Of a stretch of DNA of 32,213 nt, positions 22,850 through 32,213 are shown one piece after another. The notes under the pieces are model-generated. The model was not told the DNA's origin, ran no database searches, and saw only the letters and a program-made list of their open reading frames with translations. The DNA is from Octopus bimaculoides (taxonomy: Eukaryota): positions 40,865,508 to 40,897,720 of the forward strand of contig NC_068997.1 of assembly GCF_001194135.2 (NCBI RefSeq). Reading direction: 5' to 3'. Positions within the stretch are counted from its first letter, which is position 1; each line of letters starts with the position of its first letter. The position numbers and the translations under genes were made by a program.

Positions 22850-24500
22850 CTTATTGACCCTATGAAAAATGGAATGAAACTCAATGAGGTTATAACTGCT
22901 TCAGGTAGATTATGAATCATCTCTTTCTGGATGACTTTAAGCAGTTTTTATACGTAGTTTAAGATCCTACAAAAATATGTTCATGGATTTAATAAAATTA
23001 TAAGCATTAGTACAGAACTTGACAAATGTGGCAAAACTACAAATTAACAAAAACTGAGAACCTTAAATTAGGTGTATATTGAGGGTTAGACCAGAACTAC
23101 CCAGAGTAAATTAAACTGATCAGATTCATAAGATAGAAATGAAGGAATCAATTAGGAAAGAGTATTAGAGAATTGTCAGACTAATATCGATGTTAAATTT
23201 TGGCACAAGCCCAGTAATCTTGGGGAAGGGTTAAGTCGATTACATCGACCCCAATGTTCAGCTGGTACTTGTTTTATCGACCCCGAAAGGATGAAAGACA
23301 AAGTCGATCTCGACATAATTTGAACTCGGGGGCATAAAGACGGACAAAATGCCTCTAAGCATTTTGCTCGGCTTGCTAACAGTTTTACCAGCTTGCCACC
23401 CTGAGTCAGACTAATATGAAAATAATATTTACAAATACACTAGCCATCCATTAACAAACAGCTTCAACACAATAAACACGAAATTAAGTGAACTGAAGAG
23501 ATATACACAAAAGCCCAAACTCTAGTTACAGAGTTCGAAAGACACTGCACCAAAGATAATCTGGATTGTCTGTGCCTGCCCTGTACATAGGGCAAACAGA
23601 GGATAATACAAATAGAGAACTACTACTACAAAAATTAAGAACAGTGTGGTTAAACACAAACTTAAAAGCAGGAAAAGGAAAACTTACAGATGTAATAAAG
23701 GAACATGTTGCAAACAAAATGTCTTTCTCTTTATTAGGAAATGTTTACTGTGAAAACTAGAAGCTAATTTCTTCATTGAAGAAAAATGATTTAGGTAAAG
23801 ATAAACAATAGAAAAGGTTAAACAGAACAAAAGGTAAAATCTAAATGGAATTTCAAATACAGTAAAGAAAGAGAAAAAACAAACAAGAGAAACATCTTTA
23901 TGCAATATAGGACGACAGAGGGGAGGCAAACTAAAGTGTTCTCCAACAATAGCACGAAACTCTGTGTTAAAAGAAACGGAAGTTCTGATTATACAATAGA
24001 AATAACTACAGGAATAAAGTAATGATACAACAGCAAGTGCAAAATATGCAATCAGTGTAATAAAAGATCTTTACATAGAGAACATAGTCGGTTGCTTAAC
24101 AATGTCCGCAAGGCAATATGCCAACATTACAGCGTGAAAACGGTTAAGTGATATAAACATGCACAATACAAGGTACATTACAAATGATTTTTGTCCCAAC
24201 GTTAAGGGATACACCTGTTGAAACTGACACGGACATCAGCACTGACTATCCAGGTATAAATATCAAGAAAATCCCTCAAATCTGACAAATTCCTCGGTGT
24301 ATTTTACCCAAAATATCACTCGAAACGACGCAGAGAAACTGCCAAAATAGGATTGACATGAAACTGAAATAAGCAGGATATGAGATTTAGAATTTCAAAA
24401 ATGTCCTAACTACAGCCGAAGGATTATCTCCGATAAAGCAAAATACAAACAAAACCATGGAACTCATACTAAGGCTCACAAAGCTAGATACGGGTTGGCA
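22850..24500 (+). mobile_element. old, heavily decayed R4/Dong-clade LINE (RT, CCHC, REL endonuclease)
   Basis: MNHLFLDDFK (22912-22941; cf. HLFYMDDLK), LDKCGKTT, EMKESIRKEY*RIVR, RIIQIENYY, SKCKIC..ICQHYSVKT.K*YKH, LRDTPVETD...PGINIK and AEKLPK*D*HETEISRI*DL, all collinear with R4/Dong ORFs. Interrupted by a SINE at 23188. Confidence 0.72.
23188..23404 (-). mobile_element. SINE family B with 13-bp TSD
   Basis: GTCAGACTAATAT at 23175-23187 and 23405-23417 flanks a full family B copy. Confidence 0.92.
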
Positions 24501-25599
24501 TAAACTACACCTTACTCAAGATATTTTCTAGCTAATAGCTCGACTCACACAGTATATATTCGACACAATTATCACGCAATATTGAACACGATTACTACCG
24601 ATTACAGAATTACTTCCCAATAATCTAACACAACCTACAGATCACTTACTCTACGCAATCACCACTCGACGCTAACACACACCATAACACAAACAACACA
24701 TGCCTATGAAATCGATGCCGATAATAATCAGTGAGCTTGCTTTGGTAATGAAATATATGAACAAAAACATTAAAAGAAGCATACGAGTGTTTACAACGTT
24801 TACTCAGTGCATCATACACATTAAATGGCCCCGGCTAGGCACAACACACATTCAGTGCAAGGCACTTTTAAATCAGTAACATAACAGCACAATGTACTTT
24901 TTGCACAATCATCGTTCAGTTCTATATGTAATGCAGCTCACACAGCTTATATGCAACATAATCATCATCCAATAAAATGACTCATACAAAACATTACACA
25001 CAATAGACACCCGATGCGATAAAACGACTCACACAATAGGCACACGTTATAACACAACACACACACACACACACACATACGTAACACAATCACCACCTTA
25101 GAGATTTTCCATCTCTTGAGTCGGAAACTTTCTGTCTGATGACACCATCGCAGTATACGTAAATATAGTTCCCTTTGACCTTCATTCCACCAACTTTGGC
25201 ATTCCCCCACTCTTCCTCCTCTATAATAACAACCAGTTTGCTTTCAATTCTAAGAGCGCTGTCTTATACAAAAAAAAAAATCCCTCATTACTTCTCCCTC
25301 AGATTCCGGACGCAGACGTGTCTTCTAGATCCAACAGAGAGATTTCATGTCAAACCTGCCCTGTTTTCACCTCAAAAACATTTTCTTCTTCGGACACATG
25401 TCAGTCGTGTTTCATTCAACAGCGCAGAGCAATCTCTGCACATATCAAGGAATCATTCTTTTAACTCACTTTTTTAATCATGGACAACACGCAGATAAAA
25501 TTTTAAAAGTCACCACAAATGCTAAGCCTCACAATTATTGATGAACTCTCCTGGCAATTTCACATAAAAGACATGGTAAAAATTACTCCAGAGGACCAG

Positions 25600-25970
25600 C
25601 GTTCTTCATAGCTACAAACAAAAACATCCTACATGCACCCATAAGAATAACAGCAATCTGATTGGCTAGAACCTGCTCACAGACTTCAATTTGTAGTTTA
25701 TAGATGACCCTCTTCCAGTGTCTATTTCTACCAATATTATAACGGCCTCTGCTCCTCAGAGTTAATTTATAACATCTCCACCTGAGTCTACCCGACACAC
25801 ACATACCACCTCATCTCTTCACCTATTTTAGCCCCCTTTTCTAAGGCTCCTCAATAACCATTTCTCCAATTCTGCTTCTTCGGAATATCAACCCATAGGA
25901 ATTCTCTTCTCATCAACACTGCTCCGACTTATGACGATTTGCAGTAATTTAAACTCAACATCCCCCACCC
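25600..25970 (+). mobile_element. L2/CR1-group LINE 3' end remnant
   Basis: PAHR..., YFYQYYNGLCSSELI and DLQ*FKLNI resemble L2/Crack C-termini (HRR....LFYRYYNGLCSSEL, LQQFK.NIN). Confidence 0.5.
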
Positions 25971-26184
25971 ACAACGGTCTCCGCATTTTTGAAGAGCCTG
26001 AGAAGAGAATGAAGACTGTTACATTCTCTTGACTAAAGACATTAGAAAATAATTGAACTGACATGGTACATATTCTGTGCAACAAAGACACGAATTCACT
26101 AAAAATACTCCAGAGACTACGACAAAGCAAATCCATTTAACTTATAAAAATCTTAGCAAAATCTCAAACACAGTAATAATAATA

Positions 26185-26530
26185 ATGGCTTCAAATGTTG
26201 AGACAAGGCAGTAATTTTGGGGACTATATCGACCCCGATAGTTGACTGATACTTATTTTGATGAAAGGAAACGCCGACCTCGTCGGAATTTGAACTCAGG
26301 ACATAAAGACGAACGAAGTGCCGCTGGGCATTTTGTCCCGCGTGCTAACGATTGTACTAGCTCGACGCTTTTTAATAATAGTTTCAATTTTTGGCACAAG
26401 GTCAGAACATCGACCTTAATACTTAACCGGTACCTTATATCATCGATCGCAGAAGGATGATAGGAAAAGTTGACCTCAACGGAATTTAGACTCGGAACGC
26501 AAACGAGGACGAAATGGCGCTAAGCATTTT
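26185..26530 (-). mobile_element. two tandem degenerate SINE family B copies
   Basis: About 26185-26370 and 26375-26530, each with the ccgacctc/ttgacctc..ggaattt core and a preceding aataat tail. Confidence 0.75.
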
Positions 26531-26559
26531 GTAAAAGATCCTGGCAACTCATTACCTTT

Positions 26560-26561
26560 TT

Positions 26562-26622
<61 letters not shown>

Positions 26623-26655
26623 CAGTAGTAATAATAAGCATTATTATTATTATTA

Positions 26656-26704
<49 letters not shown>

Positions 26705-26722
26705 TATTATTATTATTATTAT
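26560..26722. repeat. (TAG)n plus (ATT)n compound microsatellite
   Basis: Direct inspection. Confidence 0.97.
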
Positions 26723-27174
26723 AACATCAACAACAACCAGAAATATTCTTATTATTAATATGGACAAACACAAACACAAAGACACGCACATGGATATAAA
26801 TAAATATGTATATATNNNNNNNNNNNNNNNNNNNNNNNNNNNNNNNNNNNNNNNNNNNNNNNNNNNNNNNNNNNNNNNNNNNNNNNNNNNNNNNNNNNNN
26901 NNNNNNNNNNNNNNNNNNNNNNNNNNNNNNNNNNNNNNNNNNNNNNNNNNNNNNNNNNNNNNNNNNNNNNNNNNNNNNNNNNNNNNNNNNNNNNNNNNNN
27001 NNNNNNNNNNNNNNNNNNNNNNNNNNNNNNNNNNNNNNNNNNNNNNNNNNNNNNNNNNNNNNNNNNNNNNNNNNNNNNNNNNNNNNNNNNNNNNNNNNNN
27101 NNNNNNNNNNNNNNNNNNNNNNNNNNNNNNNNNNAGAGAGAGAGAGAGAGAGAGGGGTGAGGAGAATTCACTAA

Positions 27175-27325
27175 AAAATTCAAAAGACGAAGACGGGTGG
27201 TGTAGACAACAAACAGATGTATTAGTTTAACGCTCGGGAAGTGAAAAAGTCTTTAACGTTTCGAGTCTACGCTCTTTCACAGAAAGGGACACAGAATGAA
27301 ACAGGGAGAGTAATAAAGAATGTGT
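27175..27325 (-). mobile_element. repeat family C copy, containing a hammerhead-like motif at 27250-27286
   Basis: Reverse complement: CTTT CTGTGAA A GAGC GTAG ACTC GAAAC GTT AAAG actttttcacttcccgagcgttaaactaatac. Confidence 0.8.
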
Positions 27326-27367
27326 AGTGGCTAGTGGCCTATCATGGCGAATCGTATATATATACTC

Positions 27368-27515
27368 GATGGGTTTCTTTCAGTTCCCGTCTACCAAATC
27401 CACTCACAAGGTTCGCCTGTGGCTATAGTAAAAGACACTTGGCTAAGGCGTCACTCAGTGGGATTAAACCTGGAATCATGTGATTGGGAAGCAAGGTTCT
27501 TACCACACAGTCACA
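27368..27515 (-). mobile_element. SINE family A head half
   Basis: ctttcagttcccgtctaccaaatccactcacaagg...ttcttaccacacagtcac. Confidence 0.85.
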
Positions 27516-28571
27516 CAGAACATTTTTTAAAAGAGATTCCTGAACATTCGTATACACGGTCTCGATTCATATTGCTGTATGACTGGATTAAAAAAAGAAG
27601 AAAGATGCAGGTGACCGACGTAATGGTTTGATAGAACATGATATTGATGTGCTACAAACGCGACTTGCCTGTATACTTAAGTACGGTGGTTGGCGAAATA
27701 ATTATAAATAATTGGTTTCTCAAAGCACAGAAAAATCTTGTTGCCTGTTGGCAGAAAACGTTTGGCGGGTGGATTCTTGATGATTGTATACAACCACGAT
27801 AAACTAAATACTCCATTAACGTTGTGAATCCAATAGTGACCGATAAACGGCAGGTGGATAGGAAAGAGACTGAGAATGTAATACACAAATTATAATCAAC
27901 CTCAGTGGTTTAATAAAGATCTATTAATTGAAACCTTTCAACAATATAGCTTCATTACAGAAAGACGGTTGACTCTGTTCTTCATTCAATGTTGCTGCAA
28001 TGACTACACTCGGTGAAACCACCAGCTGCGCTAGTTAATACCATTGGAAAAACCTCGAAGGCCCGGTCAACGATCATCCCACTTGAAAGCATAATATTGT
28101 TTCTGATGATACAGACACTTCAAAAGAAATATTTCAAAAGTATCTGAGCTGTCTGTACATGTTGCACTAATTACGATTATCTGGTAATTAAATGTTATCT
28201 CTACAACAGCAAGAAATGCAGTTTTAAAATCCCAGTATTTCTTCATTTCATACATAAAAGCAAAACTTGGAAACTTAACACAATTTTAACACATTACACG
28301 AGAAAAGTAATGGCCTGAAAACACGTTTATAGAACTAAAACATCTCATATCAGATAGAACATCATGATAATTCAGAATGTAATTTCAAAACAACAATTCA
28401 GGATATCTCAAATCCCTAATTACTCACTGTTAAGTTTGGACAAGCCGACCTCCGGTAGTCCTCGTGATGTGCATACAAACTATGCACCCCGTAGACACAT
28501 ACCATTTAAGATAAAATTAGGTTCACGAAACATATTAATACCTATCTATAGACCATCTTCGACATCATATG

Positions 28572-28930
28572 TAGGAGCAGGCTTGGCTGTGTAGTGAGAA
28601 GCTTGCTTCCAAACCACATGGTTCCGGGTTCAGTTCCCTTGCATGGCAAGTATCTTCTACTATAGCCTCGGACCGACCATAACCTTCTGAGTGGATTTGG
28701 TAGGCAGAAACCCGTTGTGTGTGTGTGTGTGTGTGTGTATGTGTCTTTGTCCTTCACCATCGCTTGACAATCGGTGTTCGTATGTGTACGTCCCAGTAAC
28801 ATAGCGGTTCGGCAAAAATAGATGAAGTACGAGGTTTTAAAAAAGTACTGGGGTCGATTCATACGATTAAAATTCTTGAAGCCGATGCCCCAGCATAGCT
28901 GCAGTCTAATGACTGAAATAAGTAAAAGAC
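28572..28930 (+). mobile_element. SINE family A, near full length with internal (TG)n
   Basis: gtaggagcaggcttggctgtgtagtgagaagcttgcttcc...(tg)n...gcggttcggcaaaa...gcagtctaatgactgaaataagtaaaag. Confidence 0.88.
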
Positions 28931-30120
28931 GAAAGACAAAAACCACAAGCCATCTCTACAACATTTTACACTATTACAAATGTTATTATAGAATCATAAC
29001 CTTATAGAAAAAATATTTTTACAATCTTCAAAAAAGCTCAGAAGAATCAGTCAACAGCACCGCAATAAAAGCTACAAATGCTAGAAGCGGACGAAGTATC
29101 CATACAATAGGTCTGGGGAGCAAAGACAAAAAGACAAGAGAAAAAGTATTATATCCGTCTTTAAGAAATATAGGAATATAAACCTTACAGATGCAAATAA
29201 TTGGAATATTTGTCTGAAATATGGAGGATATCTGTTTCTTTGACATTAGAATACATGTCAACCTAAAATATATTCAAACCTTCCACTGAAATGGGAATAT
29301 TGGTAGATTTTTTTCAGAAAACATAGTATGAAACCCAGTATATCGCATGAAAGCATTTGATATGATCAAAATTGAAGTAAGCAACATCTTATGAGTCAAT
29401 TCTATGCTTCTTTATAAACTTCATTATTCTAAAATATCCCGCGTGACCAGTTAGATATTGAGCAAAAATAAACTCTCTGGATACCAACAAAGCGTAATCC
29501 GTGGTTATGTTTTCTGAGAACCGAAGAAAGCGGATGACATCGACAGGAAGTGCATTTTGTCCCCGACTGATGTCCACTAAATTATATCACATTTCGGATT
29601 TTCCCCTTTCAACGGCATTTTCCCTCTCCCACATTTCGAAGGCCATGCTTTTTAAATCCAAAGTTACAAAGTACTTGTTCAACAGAGACAAGAAGACATT
29701 AGATATTTAATGTGCAACTGTATCATGTTTTAGTGGTAGTTATTGTACATATAAGTAGCAGTTACACAAAAACAGATGTTTTTTTCTTTCTAAACAGTGC
29801 ACAATGCAAGACAAAATGAACTGGACGGCGTATCAAAAACACTGCTATAATAACACGTTGCAAAATATTCTTGTTAGCACAAGGAATGATAGAGATACAA
29901 TCCCACCCAAACCGCTGTCTTACTAGACTGAGACTTACTAGAAACAACATGACTGGACGCGAATTTTTTTCCCACAAGAGTTCCGGACCCAAGTTATGAA
30001 CTCATTTGCATACAGCCAATCAGAGCTCAACTATCAAACTAATTTATGAGCGCTTAACAAATGATGGGCGATAAGATAAGGTTACTTGGGTAAGGAATGA
30101 CCATGCTGTATTTCCTAATT

Positions 30121-30340
30121 TCAATGTGGCTAGACTACAACAATGCCTTTGACTTTGTTCCCCACTCATGGATGCTAGAAGCCTTTCAACTTCCTTAAAG
30201 TTCCAGTGAGAATAGTTAAAGCCATAGCTGACCTGACTTCATCGTGGGCCACCACCTTGAAATTAAGCACAAAGAGTGACTGTATTATCACCGATAGAAT
30301 ACAGTATCGCAAAGGCATATTCCAAGTTGACAGCCTCTTA
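30121..30340 (+). mobile_element. R4/Dong-clade RT fragment
   Basis: SMWLDYNNAFDFVPHSWMLEAF (cf. WIDYKKAFDSVPHSW) ... IQYRKGIFQVDSL (cf. GIFQGDSL). Confidence 0.82.
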
Positions 30341-31050
30341 CATACCATGCACTTTGCATTGGTGCATGTAATATTCTCAAAAACGTACGTCCTACATAAC
30401 TGTGATCTGATGGAGCTTCCTAGATTTTCAACGATATTTATATTGAGTTTGGTTTCCTTCAGAGCTTTCCTAAACCTTCGTGATAGTTCTCCACGGGCTG
30501 TGGCCTCTGTATCCTATTCCAGTTTTTATCTCTGTACTTAGGGCAGGCAACACCGGTTTCATTACATATAATGCTAACTTCTTTCTAGCTACCCTGTATA
30601 CCCGAATCCTATCTTTTTGGTCATATCCAGAGAATTGCATGCAGTGCATGAAGTTCTGCACATGTTTCTTTGTTTCATAGGATCCGCTTAGGGGACGCGT
30701 TATTCATTATCCTAAGTCTGCTATCACTATGTTGATTTTGATGTTGTATTACAAGGCTGAGTTTTTGTGAACACCATATTTAAAAGCTATGGATTTCATG
30801 TAATAGGAGCGGGGCTGCAGTCTGTTGTTCATAGCCTCTAACCAAAGTTCAGTATCAAAGACAGGGAGTCAATTATTAGGTTGCTTAGTGGGGGAGTCTA
30901 TAGTTACCTTGATACTTTGGTGGATGAAGTTAGCTATGTGCTGGATGCTCTTCATTATGATCCTCTCGGTTCCTACACCACAATTACTAGGGATTGTCCT
31001 AAGTAAAATATTAATGTCATCTACATACCTATAGTAAAGCAAAACAGTTT
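30341..31050 (-). mobile_element. Penelope-like element RT C-terminus and Cys-rich linker
   Basis: YYRYVDDINI (31007-31036), LPVFDTELW, YYMKSIAFKYGVHKNSAL, FMHCMQFSGY and EATARGELSRRF...NIVENLGSSIRSQLCRTYVF..CTNAKCMVC. Confidence 0.85.
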
Positions 31051-31171
31051 TGTAATACGGAGAGACAAGCACACGCACACCCCCAAACGCGCGCGCGCGC
31101 TAACACATACGCACGTACGCACACATACACATAAGAAGGCGGAAACATATGATCATATACACACGCACACT

Positions 31172-31211
<40 letters not shown>

Positions 31212-31336
31212 GGACACATGTAGAGACACATCCATACATAACAGACACATGTACAGTCACACAAACCCATACACATAGACTCACTCAAACACGCACACAC
31301 AAGGAGACAGAGCTACACACACAATTACACACGCAA

Positions 31337-31568
31337 GGCGGCGAGCTGGCAGAATCGTTAGCACGCCGGGCGAAATGCTTAACGGTATTTCGTCTGCCGC
31401 TACGTTTTGAATTCAAATTCCGCCGAGGTCGACTTTGCCTTTCATCCTTTCGGGGGTCGATAAATTAAGTACCAGTTACGCACTAGGGTCGATGTAATCG
31501 ACTTAATCCGTTCGTCTGTTCTTGTTTGTTCCCTCTATGTTTAGCCCCTTGTGGGTAGTAAAGAAATA
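31337..31568 (+). mobile_element. young full-length SINE family B with 18-bp TSD
   Basis: Head ggcggcgagctggcagaatcgttagc with a B-box-like ttcaaattcc. The perfect TSD ACACAATTACACACGCAA lies at 31319-31336 and 31569-31586. Confidence 0.95.
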
Positions 31569-31699
31569 ACACAATTACACACGCAAATACACACATACAC
31601 ACACACACGTACAAAAACACACATACATGCACACACAAACACATCAATATGCAGAACACATACATACATACAAACATACACACACGCATACATACATAT

Positions 31700-31835
31700 A
31701 TGTCTCCGTATTCTTTCTGTTGAAGAGCGTAGCTCGAAACGTCAAAGACTTTCCGTATTCCCGAGCGTCATACTAATATATACTTTTGTTATTTACACCG
31801 CCTGTCCTCGTCTGTTGTTATTATTTGTATATTCT
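31700..31835 (+). mobile_element. repeat family C copy
   Basis: Homologous to 14225-14400 and 27175-27325. Confidence 0.8.
31712..31748 (+). ncRNA. minimal type I hammerhead-like motif with GUC triplet (variant core)
   Basis: TCTTT CTGTTGA A GAGC GTA GCTC GAAAC GTC AAAGA: 5-bp stem I, 4-bp stem II and a loopless palindromic ACGT stem III. Confidence 0.5.
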
Positions 31836-32146
31836 CTCATATATACATATGTGTATACGCATGCACACTGACGCATACACACGCGCACAAACAAATAAAC
31901 AAACAAACAAACAAACAAAAAGGACGCAGCTCCAATAACGGCCATAGTGAACAAGTACTGAAGAGGTAGCAAGAAGCGACGAAAATTTTAGGAACGAAAA
32001 AATAAATGAGTGGAAATTGAACCGGAGAGTGTGTTAATTAATAAGGCATTAAAACAGAATGACTCTCCCTGGACAACAAAATATGCTTCAACACACAAAT
32101 TGACATAAAGAATCTTGAAAACCAAATACAAAAACGAAATATATAT

Positions 32147-32148
<2 letters not shown>

Positions 32149-32213
<65 letters not shown>
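32149..32213. repeat. (GT)n microsatellite
   Basis: Perfect GT repeat to the window end. Confidence 0.99.

Noticed and set aside
23566-23760. ORF with LYIGQTED resembling a GIY-YIG motif
   Set aside because: Another frame of the same bases fits the collinear R4/Dong fossil, and no other GIY-YIG motifs follow.
1-32213. CRISPR array, prokaryotic operon, rRNA or telomeric array
   Set aside because: The window is eukaryotic repeat-rich DNA with no regular repeat-spacer array, rRNA similarity or TTAGGG tract.

Overview
AT-rich, gapped animal genomic scaffold (many N runs). It is saturated with microsatellites and decayed transposable elements. The repertoire of tRNA-derived SINEs and LINE fossils strongly resembles an Octopus/cephalopod genome; this is an inference from remembered repeat consensus, not a database hit. 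I cannot support any host protein-coding exon, and almost all ORF-track entries are microsatellite, N-gap or antisense-to-TE artefacts. Coding fossils recognised by manual translation are: a Tc1 (DD34E) transposase at 9955-10860 (-), an L1/Tx1 ORF2 at 20530-21990 (-), three R4/Dong-clade pieces (22095-22457 sitting in a TAA tract, 22850-24500 and 30121-30340), and two Penelope-like fragments (GIY-YIG at 5440-5930, RT at 30341-31050). Weaker L2/CR1 and RTE remnants, a hAT-type MITE and about 15 SINE copies are also present. The most intriguing signal is a three-copy dispersed repeat (14272, 27250, 31712) that folds as a minimal type I hammerhead ribozyme with a shared non-canonical core (CUGUNGA plus an extra A).
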